The position numbers and the translations under genes were made by a program. The notes below the pieces were generated by a model. That model was not told the DNA's origin. It was given only the letters and a program-made list of their open reading frames with translations, and did not search any database. From NCBI GenBank assembly GCA_963756875.1, contig CAVWPA010000001.1:224001-288000 (forward strand): a stretch of 64,000 bases of DNA, written 5' to 3'. Positions within the stretch are counted from its first letter, which is position 1; every line of letters starts with the position of its first letter. Origin of the DNA: an uncultured Verrucomicrobiae bacterium. GTDB taxonomy: Bacteria; Verrucomicrobiota; Verrucomicrobiia; Chthoniobacterales; UBA10450. Below are positions 42,007-52,176 of this stretch, piece after piece.

Positions 42007-45000
42007 CTACGGGTAGGTCGCTTTGTAGAACAGTTTCGTTGGGCCAACCGCCCCCGTGTCTATAAACTGCCAATTGCCGAACGGATCGGAAGTGGTCAGA
42101 CCAATCATCCCGAAAGTGCCGGCCGTCAGATCGGGCGACGAGAGAATGCTGAAGTTTGCATTCACTACTCCTCTGCCTTCCAACTGAACGCTGCCATCGG
42201 ACAATCGCTGAATCGATGTGATGCTGAGACCGAAGCTGCCGAATTCAAAAGCGCCAATGTCAGTCATTCCGATTCGGGGATAACCGCGCTGGTCGCCGGG
42301 CGCGCCTGTTTGACCGGTGTTGATTGCGGGACTTCCCGCGAGTAATGCAAACGTTTGCGTCGGTCCTCCATTGAACGCGAGCGGGCCGAGCATTGGATCG
42401 GTGTTAATCATGTCGCCGGGCGCGGTGAGAAAACCGCCGCCGTTATCGCTGCTCAGATTGTAGCCGCCCGACACGGGCGCGCCGGAGAAGGTGTGGAGGT
42501 TGGCGTTGGTATTGTTGAAAATGTCATTATCGATGAAAATGCCTTGGCCGTAAAATGTGCTGATTCCGCCGCCGTGATTACTCGCGGTATTACCACTGAG
42601 AGTTGAACTCTCGAGGATAAGTTGGGGGGAGATGGGCGAGGAGGCGTTAGTGCCGGTAAAGACTGCGCCTCCGTTCACTGCGTTGTTCCCGCTGAACGTG
42701 CAATTGATGATGATCGCTGCAGCGGAATTTACACAAACACCGCCTCCCGCGCCGCCGCTCGCATTGTTTCCGCTAAACGTGCAATTGAAAATCTGCGACG
42801 GCTCGGCCGTGCTGCGCTCGCTGATGAGAATTCCGCCGCCGTGGCTGTTCGCCAGATTCCCCGTGATCGCGCAGTATTCAAGATCGACAACGCTTCGATC
42901 GACAAGAATTCCACCGCCAGTGTCTAAGACCATTGAACTGCCAACTTTGCCATTGGCGATGGTTAGGCCGCGAATGCTGACGAACGGACCGTTAGCCGTG
43001 CCGTTGCCGACGGTGAAAATGCGATAGTCGCCGCCGACATTTCGTCGCACCGTCAAAAGATCGGCGCCGGGACCTTGCAGGAAAATCGGCGTGGTCATCG
43101 ACGGTAGCGCGCTGTTTAAATGAATGATGCCGCTGAGAAGCGGATAGAATTTGATAAACTGATCGCCAGCTTGCGCATTCGCCGCATTGATCGCTTCGCG
43201 CAGGGAACAATCGATCGCGTCGCAAGTCCCATCGTTATGATCGTCGAGCGTGTTAACGAGCAACACCGCCCCAAATTCGAACGCGCCGATGTCCGCACCG
43301 TCGCCGCCGGATGCGTTTGGAATTTGCGGGTGGTCGTTAGGCCGCGGCTGCGACCTTTGATCGACAGTCAACCCGAACGAATTGCCGGCATCGATGGCCG
43401 GACTGCCAGTGAGTAAAGCCATCGTATCCGTCTTGCCACCGTTATCCTGGAGCGCTCCGAGATTGGGATTGATCGGGTTAGCGATTGTTCCTTTGAGATC
43501 ACTCATCGAATTGAAACCGCTGCCGAAATCGACCTTCCCGATAAAGTTGTAGCCTTGCGAAGAAAAGTTGCCGGACACATCTGGAACAGCGCTGCCGATA
43601 TTAGTGGCAACGATCGTGTTCGCGATAATTGCCGTGCCTGCAATCCGCTTGAATCCGCCGGTACTAGAACCGGGTGCGCCATTGTTAGGCAATGAACTCC
43701 CCGTTCCGCCGCTGCCGCCTGTTCCCGTATTGCCCGCGATCGTGCAGCCGGTCATGGCGAGCGAGCCATTGGTGAAGAGCCCACCGGCGTCACCGGTGCC
43801 GCCGGTGCCACCGATCCCTCCCGGATTGTTGCCCCCCGCGCCACCGGCCGCGGTGTTGTTCGCGATGGTGCAATTCGTCAGCGTCAAGGTGGCGCCGGAT
43901 TCGTTAAACACGCCGCCGCCTTCGGCCGCTCCACCATTGCCCGCCGCTGAAGTCGAACTGGGATTACGCGAACGATGGCGTTGCGCGAAAAATGAACTGC
44001 TATTTGCACCATGACCGCCGATCGCCTGGTTTCCGGCGATCGTGCAGCGATTCAACGTAAGCACGCCGCCCGTGGCGTTGTAAACGCCGGCGCCTTGAGC
44101 CGCACCGCCATTGGCCCCGCCAGTCGCTTGATCGTTTAAAAACATGCAGTCATGCACGGTGAGTGTGCCGCTGTTGAAAAGACCGGCGCCAACAGCCGAC
44201 CCTCCTGTTCCAGCATTGACGGCACCGTCGCGAATCGTCACGCCTAAGAGAAAATTAGGACTTCCGCTGAAGCTGAACACGCGCGTTTGGCCTGCGCCGC
44301 TTATGATTGTCGATCTTGCACCAAAGCCGGCGAGCGTGAGCGGATCGGTCACATTGAGAGGACCAAGCGCGGGATTCAAATCAATCGTGCCGCCAACCAG
44401 AAACAGAATCGTGTTCGCGCCGGAGATGAAGTTGGCGCGGTTGATCGCTTCGCGCAGGCTGCAATCGACGACCCCGCAAAGTCCGTCATCCGCGTCGCCG
44501 GTGGTTGTAACATTGAACTGCGGCGAACCGCTTTGGAGCACATCGGGCGCTCCTTCATACGCACCGACATCGGTGCCGTCGGTGCCCGGACCGTTGTTGA
44601 AATACGGATGATCGTAGACGCGTTGCTGTCCGCGCTGGTCGGTCGCCGCGCCGGACAAATTTTTCCCGTGATCGACGGCCGGCCCTTGCACCAAGGCGAC
44701 GGTTTGAGTCGGCCCGCCGTTATCCTTCAAGCCTGCCGGATCGAGCATCGGATCGGTAAAGAGCTGATCGGTCGGAGCAGGCCCAAAATTACTGTAGCCG
44801 TTATCAGTAAAAATATTGAAACCAGCGGACGTAACGCCCGAACTTAACGAAGAAGAGGCCAGATCGGGCGCCTTGATAATGCTGCTCCCGATCGTTGCGT
44901 TGGACGCGGCTATGGTTGAGCCAGGCTCCAGCCCGCCGAACCCAGCATCGCTGTCGTTGCCACTAAATGTGCAGTTCCGGATTGTCGTTGGACCGACAGA

Positions 45001-45861
45001 GGAAATTGCTCCGCCCTCGCCGGCTACACTAGAGCAACCATTATTTGAAGTTTGATAACCCAAGGCCCGGTTATTCACGAACGTGCTGTTGTCCACTACC
45101 AGGTCATTGCCGTCGTGATAAATTGCGCCTCCGAGCGCAGCAGAGTTACCGCTGAAAGTGCATGCACTGACGTAGAGAGATGCGGATGCAGAAACGTTGT
45201 CTTTATGATTGTTGATCGCACCGCCGACCTCAGGATCCTCGTTCGACGCATCAATACAGCCAAAGGGCAAGGAATCACCCGTGAACGTGCAGTTTGTCAC
45301 CGTCGTCGTGGCAGACGCTACGTAGCTGCCATAATCCTGAGCATACTGCTCGATCGCCCCTTTCGCGTTACCGCTAAGGGTACAGCCAATCGCCGTTAGG
45401 GTGACGCCGGAATTACCTTGTGCGTAATTAGAGATACCCATCCCGCTATTCTGGAACACACAATTCTGCACCGTCAGGTTGCCGCCATTGCTTATGCCCA
45501 GTCCTCCACTGGAAATGGTGACCCCGGAAATATTGACGGTGTATTTCGGATTGCCGATCAGGAGTGGCCCGATCCTGAAAACGAGCTGATTGGCATTCTG
45601 GGCAAAGGCAAGACTGGCCGCGCCCGGGCCGCTGATCGTCAGATCCTTGTCAATGAGCATTTGACCACTAGTCACCGTGATCGTGCCCGTGACGGAGAAA
45701 TTGATCGTGTCGCCAGATGCGGCCGCGGCGATCGTGTCGCGTAACGATCCCGCGCCGCTGTCATTCAGATTTGTGACGGTGAGGGTCGTGGCCGGGGCGC
45801 TCGAAGCGAGGGCGATTGCCCCCGCAATGGCGACCAGCCGGTGTCGGGTAGAAACGGTCAC
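42007..45861 (-). CDS. Large secreted beta-helix protein with CSLREA and choice-of-anchor Q-like repeats
   Basis: Signal peptide; DSGAGSLR, two CSLREAI, three NGG.T.T.AL...DQR...D[IV]GA[FY]E units. Confidence 0.88.
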   Translation of the reverse strand: MTVSTRHRLVAIAGAIALASSAPATTLTVTNLNDSGAGSLRDTIAAAASGDTINFSVTGTITVTSGQMLIDKDLTISGPGAASLAFAQNANQLVFRIGPLLIGNPKYTVNISGVTISSGGLGISNGGNLTVQNCVFQNSGMGISNYAQGNSGVTLTAIGCTLSGNAKGAIEQYAQDYGSYVASATTTVTNCTFTGDSLPFGCIDASNEDPEVGGAINNHKDNVSASASLYVSACTFSGNSAALGGAIYHDGNDLVVDNSTFVNNRALGYQTSNNGCSSVAGEGGAISSVGPTTIRNCTFSGNDSDAGFGGLEPGSTIAASNATIGSSIIKAPDLASSSLSSGVTSAGFNIFTDNGYSNFGPAPTDQLFTDPMLDPAGLKDNGGPTQTVALVQGPAVDHGKNLSGAATDQRGQQRVYDHPYFNNGPGTDGTDVGAYEGAPDVLQSGSPQFNVTTTGDADDGLCGVVDCSLREAINRANFISGANTILFLVGGTIDLNPALGPLNVTDPLTLAGFGARSTIISGAGQTRVFSFSGSPNFLLGVTIRDGAVNAGTGGSAVGAGLFNSGTLTVHDCMFLNDQATGGANGGAAQGAGVYNATGGVLTLNRCTIAGNQAIGGHGANSSSFFAQRHRSRNPSSTSAAGNGGAAEGGGVFNESGATLTLTNCTIANNTAAGGAGGNNPGGIGGTGGTGDAGGLFTNGSLAMTGCTIAGNTGTGGSGGTGSSLPNNGAPGSSTGGFKRIAGTAIIANTIVATNIGSAVPDVSGNFSSQGYNFIGKVDFGSGFNSMSDLKGTIANPINPNLGALQDNGGKTDTMALLTGSPAIDAGNSFGLTVDQRSQPRPNDHPQIPNASGGDGADIGAFEFGAVLLVNTLDDHNDGTCDAIDCSLREAINAANAQAGDQFIKFYPLLSGIIHLNSALPSMTTPIFLQGPGADLLTVRRNVGGDYRIFTVGNGTANGPFVSIRGLTIANGKVGSSMVLDTGGGILVDRSVVDLEYCAITGNLANSHGGGILISERSTAEPSQIFNCTFSGNNASGGAGGGVCVNSAAAIIINCTFSGNNAVNGGAVFTGTNASSPISPQLILESSTLSGNTASNHGGGISTFYGQGIFIDNDIFNNTNANLHTFSGAPVSGGYNLSSDNGGGFLTAPGDMINTDPMLGPLAFNGGPTQTFALLAGSPAINTGQTGAPGDQRGYPRIGMTDIGAFEFGSFGLSITSIQRLSDGSVQLEGRGVVNANFSILSSPDLTAGTFGMIGLTTSDPFGNWQFIDTGAVGPTKLFYKATYP

Positions 45862-46009
45862 AATTAAGAGGCCTTACCTTACCAATAACGCAGTTTGCGG
45901 ACAAGCTTTTTGCCGTGAACTCGTCCATATCTTCCCACGATCGTGGCCTAAGGGTGGGTCACGAAACTGATCAGGCTCTTGACCGGCGTGGTCGCGGCGT
46001 TGGCTGTCT

Positions 46010-46146
46010 GGGGGAGTACGCCGCCCGTCCCGGGTGTTGGAAAATGCCGGTACGACTCGGACCGTCTCGCCGAAACGATCTTTATTCTGTGAACACTTGC
46101 GAAACCGAGACGGTTTCGCCAACGCTCGAGACGAGCGTGCTCCCCG
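46010..46146. repeat. Degenerate long inverted element (GGGGAG...CTCCCC)
   Basis: Architecture similar to 14292-14428 and 58261-58382. Confidence 0.55.
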
Positions 46147-46150
46147 ATCC

Positions 46151-47141
46151 TTAGGTACCGCCCGGCGCGCTCGAGCAGTGGCTGCCACCAATCCGGGTGG
46201 TCCATGTACCACTCGATCGTTTCGGACAGGCCGTGCTCGAAATTCCGGTGCGGTTTCCATTTCAATTCGCGCTGCGCAAATGAGGAATCGATTGCGTACC
46301 GGCGATCATGCCCAAGCCGATCTTCCACGAACGAGATCAGTTTCTCGGGTTTGCCGAGTTTTTTCAGGATCATTTTCACCAGATCGAGATTCGTCAACTC
46401 GTTGCCGCCGCCGAAATTGTAAATCGCTCCCGGTTTTCCCTCGAAAAGCGCATCCACGATTCCTGCGCAGTGGTCCTCCACGTGGATCCAGTCCCGGACA
46501 TTCATCCCGTCGCCATAAACCGGCAACGGCTCGTCGCGCAGCGCCTTGATGATCATGAGCGGAATCAATTTCTCGGGAAATTGGTACGGCCCGTAATTGT
46601 TCGAGCAGCGCGTGATGACGACTTCCTGGGCGTAGGTTTTGTGGCAGGCGAGCGCCAGGAGATCGGCGCCGGCTTTGCTGGCGGAGTAGGGCGAGCTCGG
46701 GTCGAGTGGGCTTTGTTCGTTGAATTTCCCCGTTGCGCCTAACGACCCGTAAACCTCGTCCGTGGAAATTTGAATGAAGCGCTGAACGCCATGTCTTCGT
46801 GCGGCATTCAGGAGGACGCTGGTGCCGATGACGTTGGTATGGATGAAATTCTCCGGCGAATTGATGCTGCGATCGACATGCGATTCGGCCGCAAAATTGA
46901 TCGCGGCAAAAAACTGGTGCTCGACCATCAGCTCGTCGATTTGATCTACATTAGCGATGTCAGCTTTGAAAAATTCGTAGCGTTCGCCATGTTCTTCGAC
47001 CACACCATCGAGATTGGCCAGGTTGCCGGCGTAGGTAAGAATGTCGACGTTGGTGACCAAGGCCGGCTTGTAATGTTGCAGAATGTAGCGAATAAAATTG
47101 CTCCCGATGAATCCGCAGCCACCGGTCACGAGAATGCGCAC
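46151..47141 (-). CDS. rfbB: dTDP-glucose 4,6-dehydratase; extra C before the likely TAA stop
   Basis: ILVTGGCGFIGSNF, AAESHVDRS, STDEVYG, YSASK, DRLGHDRRY. Confidence 0.95.
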
Positions 47142-48765
47142 AGCGCGTACTAGCAGCGGCGGCGCAGGCGCGCTAGCGGATTTTCCCGCGCTGCGCGACC
47201 TCCTCGAAACGTGGAGGGCCGGCTTCGCCAAAACCGGCTGGACGCCGTGGCTTATCCTCGGGCTGGCGCTCTTTCTTCGTTTCTTTCTGCTCGACATCAA
47301 ACCGCTCCATTTCGACGAGGGGATCAATGGGTGGTTCGTCGATCAAATGGTCAAAAACGGGTTCTACAAATACGACCCGACCAATTACCACGGCCCGCTT
47401 CATTTCTACGTGCTCCTTATCTCGCAAACATTGTTCGGACGACACGTCTGGGCGCTGCGGCTCCCTGTGGTCCTGGTCAGCACCGGAGCCGTTTGGCTGA
47501 CAATGAAATTCGAGCCGCTCGTTGGAAGAACCGCGAGCCGGATGGCCGCACTGGCCATGGCCGTGTCGCCGGGATTCGTGTTTTACGGGCGCTATTCGAT
47601 CCACGAGGTCTGGTTGCTTCTTTTTTCGATGATGTTCATTCTCGGGCTGCTCGGCCTCTGGAAATTCGGCACGCGAGGTTATCTCTGGTACGCGGGAATG
47701 GGGTTGAGCGGGATGATTTTGTCGAAGGAGACCTATGTCATCCATGTGGGATGTGCTGCCGTCGCTGTCGGCGTTTGCTACATTTCGAACTGGTTGAAAC
47801 CGGCCGCGGACGCGCGTCCGGCGAAACAAACATGGGACTACGTCGATCTGGCAATCGTGATTGCGACGGGAATTGCGCTGATCGTGTTTTTCTACTCAGG
47901 CACGTTTTTCCACTGGAGCGGGGTAAAGGGAATCTTCAAGGCATACGCCGCGTGGTTCGAAACCGGCAAGGAAGGTCATGGGCACGAAAAGCCATGGTAC
48001 TACTGGCTGACGCTGATGGCGCCCTCATTTCATTTCAATCGGGCGGATTGCCTTGGTTACGAATTGCCCGCCCTGGCCGGCTTGGTCCTCTGCGCGTTTT
48101 GCCAGTTCTTCAAGAACCTGAGCCTGCGGTACCTCGCTATCTATGGAGTGGGGACGCTGATGGTTTATAGCTACATCAACTACAAGACGCCATGGTGCAT
48201 CATCAGCATCGTCTGGCCGTTTCTGATTATCTTTGGCGTGGCATCTCTGATTACACCGGCGGCCTATAAAAAAATCGTGCAGGGCGTGTGCGCGGCTATG
48301 TTGACCATCTCGCTCGTATCGACCATCTGGCTCAATTATTTTCATTGTACGACCGACACGGAGCCGTACGTGTATGTCCAAACGTATAACGACATCTACC
48401 GGCTAACCCGGCCCGTGCTGGCGCTCGCGCATCGCGATCCCATCTTTTATGAGCTGACCGGTTACATCATCCGCGCCAGTCCTTATCCGCTTCCATGGAT
48501 TCTCGACGATTTTCCTCGTGTCGGCTATTACGAGCACGAAAATCTCCCGCCTGATCTGGATGCGGATTTTCTGCTCGTGCAGGAAGACAAAATCAAGGAG
48601 GTCGAAGCCAAGCTGCACAGCTCCTATTACACCGAGCCGCTGCGCCTTCGAGCGTACCAGGATACGTCCAAACTTTATCTCAGCGCCCGGATCTTCAAAG
48701 GCTTCTTCCCGGGACGCGTGCCTGACTTTACCGGTCACGCAAAGGGCGGCCCGCATTCTCAATGA
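47134..48765 (+). CDS. TIGR03663/Agl23-like GT-C fold membrane protein (start uncertain)
   Basis: LHFDEG...YDPTNYHGP, SKE, GHEKPWYY, YKTPW, YVYVQT. Confidence 0.8.
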   Translation: MRTARTSSGGAGALADFPALRDLLETWRAGFAKTGWTPWLILGLALFLRFFLLDIKPLHFDEGINGWFVDQMVKNGFYKYDPTNYHGPLHFYVLLISQTLFGRHVWALRLPVVLVSTGAVWLTMKFEPLVGRTASRMAALAMAVSPGFVFYGRYSIHEVWLLLFSMMFILGLLGLWKFGTRGYLWYAGMGLSGMILSKETYVIHVGCAAVAVGVCYISNWLKPAADARPAKQTWDYVDLAIVIATGIALIVFFYSGTFFHWSGVKGIFKAYAAWFETGKEGHGHEKPWYYWLTLMAPSFHFNRADCLGYELPALAGLVLCAFCQFFKNLSLRYLAIYGVGTLMVYSYINYKTPWCIISIVWPFLIIFGVASLITPAAYKKIVQGVCAAMLTISLVSTIWLNYFHCTTDTEPYVYVQTYNDIYRLTRPVLALAHRDPIFYELTGYIIRASPYPLPWILDDFPRVGYYEHENLPPDLDADFLLVQEDKIKEVEAKLHSSYYTEPLRLRAYQDTSKLYLSARIFKGFFPGRVPDFTGHAKGGPHSQ

Positions 48766-50687
48766 AGTGGCTTTGTGCCGGACTGACGTTCGTCAATTTC
48801 GCAACCATTGGCGGCCTCATCCTTGGGATCGTCGGTCGCGGACTGGAGGAATTTAGCGCTTTAACTGCTCTTTTTTTTGGCGCTTTCGCTTCTGTTCTGG
48901 CCTACCTCTGGACTTCCGATCCAAAGCCGAAGTCAGGCTCTCCGGATTCGCGACAGTCGGAAGAGGCTGAGCGCTTGAAAGCCTCGCCGCGCTTCTGGCA
49001 ACGTGCTGCCGGATCGCTTTTGGCGGCCTTCACGTCAAAAAGATATCGTCATCTTTGGAAGTGGCTGGTTGCGGCCTGTTTCGCCCTTTTCGCCCTGCGC
49101 TCATTTCTCTGGCTGGTTTACATCGATGGCGACCAATTAAGAATCCAATCGCCAAATAATCTCGGCGATCTTGCGTTGCACATCACTTTTATCAAAAACT
49201 TTGCAAACGGCGTCCCGCTTTGGCCGGACAATCCGATTTTTGTCGGCAGTAAGCTGAGATACCCGGCGGGCACCGATTTGTTTAACGCGCTGCTCTGTCT
49301 GGTTCACGTCGATCTGATTCGCGGCCTTGTGTGGGCGGGTCTGCTTGGCTGCCTCGCGACTTTCTACGCCTTCTATCGCTGGGGCGGCACTTTCGGTGTC
49401 GCCGGATTTCTCTTCAATGGAGGTGTCGCCGGTTATGAATTCCTGCGGACCTGGCAATTCCGCGATTACCAGGGAGTAAGCAACATCGCCTGGAAAAGCA
49501 TTCCACTCTCCATGTTCCTGACGCAGCGCGGTTTCCTGTACGCCATTCCAGCCGGGCTTCTCTTGCTTTGGCACTGGCGGGAAATGTACCGCGGGACCGC
49601 CGCCTCGGAGCCCGCGAAGAAAGCCGGCGAAAGCAGTTCGGAAATCGTCCGTCCCTGGATCCGCGGACCGCTCCCATTTTGGGTGGAGCTTTCTCTGTAC
49701 GCGTCCATGCCTCTTTTTCATGTGCACACATTTCTGGCGCTGAGCGGCGTGTTGGTTTTTCTATTCATCTTGGGGAATGGCCCGCTGCGCTGGCGCGTCG
49801 CGTTTCTGATCGCCAGCGCCCTGGTGCCCGCCAGTCTTCTTGTCTGGCTGATCACGGACCATTTTCACGCCGGCTCAATACTCTCGTGGCATCCGGGATG
49901 GGTTCAGAACGAAGGCGATTTCGCCGCCCCGTTTTTCCAATTCTGGCTGAACAACTTCGGCCTCTGGGTCCCGCTGATCCTTCTCCTGTTCGGTTGGTGC
50001 GCCTGGCGCGCCTGGGAATCCGGTTGGCGCTGGGGCAAAAGACTTCCGGAAGATCTCGCGTTCCTGCTGCCGGCCGCGGCGATCTTTGTTTTCGCCTTCT
50101 TTGTCAAAACTGCCCCGTGGGGTTGGGACAATCTCAAGCTGATGATTTGGTCCTACTTTCTCGTGCTGCCTTTTTTATGGAGCCGCCTGATTGCGCATTG
50201 GTCGCTGCCGGTTCGCGCAGCCGCCTGTGTCGCTCTCTTTGGCTCGGGGTTTGTGACTTTGTTTGGCGGTCTGGCGGCTGGCCGCCCCGGATTTGGGCTG
50301 ATCGACCGCGCTGAGCTCGATGGAGTTGGTCACGCCATTCGCAATTTGTCTGTGGAAGCCAGGTTTGCCACTTATCCCACTTACAATCATCCACTGTTGC
50401 TTCAGGGCCGGGATGTTGTCCTTGGATATCCGGGCCATCTCTGGACAGAGGGATTTGAATACGGCGAGACGTTCCAACAGTTAAACCAGCTGATGCAGGG
50501 AGCGGAAAATTGGCGTGAGATCGCCCGCCGCTTGCACGTTCGCTATATTTTTTGGGGGCCGGAGGAAGTAATGAATTACTCGGAGAGCAAACGGCCGTGG
50601 GAAAGAACGGCGTTGCTGGTCACGTCCGGTAGTTGGGGAGCAATCTACGACGCTCAAAAAAGGAGTTCATCGCCGATCGTTCACTGA
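48762..50687 (+). CDS. Polytopic membrane protein, putative GT-C glycosyltransferase
   Basis: Many TM; NLGDLALH...WPDNP...LRYP; C-terminal GYPGHLW; ATGA overlap with upstream gene. Confidence 0.65.
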   Translation: MKWLCAGLTFVNFATIGGLILGIVGRGLEEFSALTALFFGAFASVLAYLWTSDPKPKSGSPDSRQSEEAERLKASPRFWQRAAGSLLAAFTSKRYRHLWKWLVAACFALFALRSFLWLVYIDGDQLRIQSPNNLGDLALHITFIKNFANGVPLWPDNPIFVGSKLRYPAGTDLFNALLCLVHVDLIRGLVWAGLLGCLATFYAFYRWGGTFGVAGFLFNGGVAGYEFLRTWQFRDYQGVSNIAWKSIPLSMFLTQRGFLYAIPAGLLLLWHWREMYRGTAASEPAKKAGESSSEIVRPWIRGPLPFWVELSLYASMPLFHVHTFLALSGVLVFLFILGNGPLRWRVAFLIASALVPASLLVWLITDHFHAGSILSWHPGWVQNEGDFAAPFFQFWLNNFGLWVPLILLLFGWCAWRAWESGWRWGKRLPEDLAFLLPAAAIFVFAFFVKTAPWGWDNLKLMIWSYFLVLPFLWSRLIAHWSLPVRAAACVALFGSGFVTLFGGLAAGRPGFGLIDRAELDGVGHAIRNLSVEARFATYPTYNHPLLLQGRDVVLGYPGHLWTEGFEYGETFQQLNQLMQGAENWREIARRLHVRYIFWGPEEVMNYSESKRPWERTALLVTSGSWGAIYDAQKRSSSPIVH

Positions 50688-50694
50688 TCCGTCT

Positions 50695-51177
50695 TTAACT
50701 GCTGCCATTGACAAAGTAGGCGAACTTCCAACTGCCGTTCACACGAGTGATGCCCGCACGATAGGCATCGTAGTTCAGTGACGGATCGGCAAACTGCGGC
50801 GGCGCCACCATGTATCCCTTATACTTGACGAATTTTTCGCTCAAAATGCCGTCGACCTCGGGCCAAAGATCTTGATCGTCCCAGTATTGGAACACGCCAG
50901 GGCCGGAGGCGTTCGGTCCGATACCTTGCATCGCCGGACCCAGCTTGTAGCCGAAATTATCGGTCATCATCGATTTGAGTGTCTCTTTATCGCGCGCTGC
51001 CACGGCCTTGCGCAGACGCCCGAGGAACGCGTAGAAGTCCACGTCGCTGCTCTCGCGCAGGTTAACCTTGGCCTTTTTATTCAGTTCGGCCTGCTTCAGT
51101 TTTTCCTTTTTCGACAGGGTATTGCAGCCGCTCAACGCCACGGCGAACAACAGCATGATCGAAGCGATTGTCTTCAT
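50695..51177 (-). CDS. Hypothetical lipoprotein
   Basis: Lipobox LSGC after hydrophobic stretch. Confidence 0.75.
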   Translation of the reverse strand: MKTIASIMLLFAVALSGCNTLSKKEKLKQAELNKKAKVNLRESSDVDFYAFLGRLRKAVAARDKETLKSMMTDNFGYKLGPAMQGIGPNASGPGVFQYWDDQDLWPEVDGILSEKFVKYKGYMVAPPQFADPSLNYDAYRAGITRVNGSWKFAYFVNGSS

Positions 51178-51183
51178 CGAGTT

Positions 51184-51265
51184 AAGAGACTGTTGAAATA
51201 CTGGAGTGGGGCGCGTTGCTGTCAATATCTACGCGCGACTTGCTCCGGTATTTGATCAGTCTCTT
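51184..51265. mobile_element. MITE-like imperfect inverted repeat
   Basis: AAGAGACTGTTGAAATACTGGAG...CTCCGGTATTTGATCAGTCTCTT. Confidence 0.5.
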
Positions 51266-51330
51266 GAACGTCTGTCATGTTTATCGTTAGAATTCAAGTC
51301 TGCCAGCTGTGGTCTCGTCGCAAGGCGAGA

Positions 51331-52176
51331 TCAAGCGTGCGGCCGCAACGGTTGCGATCTGCCGCTGCTTTGAACTGTAGTGGCAGGCGTGCCGCCTGCG
51401 GGATCAGGTATTTCATCCGTGCAGTCGCAGCCGGCACGGCTGCCGCCACAGGATCGATGGCGCAGCCGCCGAACCGGGTGCGCCAGGAAAATCCAATAAA
51501 TCGCTCCGGCCAGATCGTTGATGGATGCCGATGGACTTGTTAGGCGCAGTGAACCGGTGCGCAACGTTGCGAAGACGCTCTCAACCGTGAGATCGGCCGG
51601 CCGCGGCAAACTCGTATAATGACGGCCGAAAGCTTCAAGCCGGTGCGCGTCCGAGGTGGCAATCAGCGGCTTTTTGAATTTTCTCGCCACCCGGGCCGCT
51701 CGCCGGTTCGGGTTAAGCAAACCTTTGTGAAAATGGCAGATCTCGATCGCATCAAAGCAGTCGATTTCATCGAAAAGGCGGCGGCCGATCGAGCCGCCAA
51801 GAACGTAAAACGGATGTGGCGCGATGGTAAAAATGGAATCGCCCCGTCGCGCCCGCAGCGCCCTGAGATCGGCAAACGTTTTTAAATCGGCCACTTCATC
51901 CGGGCTCACGTTGAGCACGATGACGTCCGCGCCTTCCAGACGCATTTCCACCGCCGGAATCAGCAAAATTCCCATGGCCGCCGCATCGGCAAAGACTTCC
52001 GGTCGATCGAAGACGGTGTCGTGCAAAGTAATGGCCAGCACGCCGAACCCGAGCGCCTTGGCGCGCTCGAGCAACTGGTGCGCCGAATAATCGATCACGT
52101 CTTTCGGGTCGTCGAGTGTGTGAATGTGCAGATCGATCTTGATCCAACCGCTGTTTTCGACCTTTCTCTCACTCAT
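51331..52176 (-). CDS. PHP domain metal-dependent phosphoesterase; C-terminus runs through a REP doublet
   Basis: IDLHIHT, AITLHD, IAPHP, SDAH. Confidence 0.85.
   Translation of the reverse strand: MSERKVENSGWIKIDLHIHTLDDPKDVIDYSAHQLLERAKALGFGVLAITLHDTVFDRPEVFADAAAMGILLIPAVEMRLEGADVIVLNVSPDEVADLKTFADLRALRARRGDSIFTIAPHPFYVLGGSIGRRLFDEIDCFDAIEICHFHKGLLNPNRRAARVARKFKKPLIATSDAHRLEAFGRHYTSLPRPADLTVESVFATLRTGSLRLTSPSASINDLAGAIYWIFLAHPVRRLRHRSCGGSRAGCDCTDEIPDPAGGTPATTVQSSGRSQPLRPHA
51375..51451. repeat. GTAG REP doublet (GGCAGGCGTG family)
   Basis: Close relative of 61023-61083. Confidence 0.8.

Noticed and set aside
41640..42047. 135-aa ORF as a real gene
   Set aside because: It is a read-through of two rfbB relics and a REP.
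43950..44000. Basic patch FFAQRHRSRNP in the CSLREA protein as an insertion or cleavage site
   Set aside because: No palindrome or repeat at DNA level and nothing else supports it.
45948..46150. C-terminal extension of RfbB
   Set aside because: Both relic copies end GRY-stop; a single extra C hides TAA, and the extension is repeat-derived.
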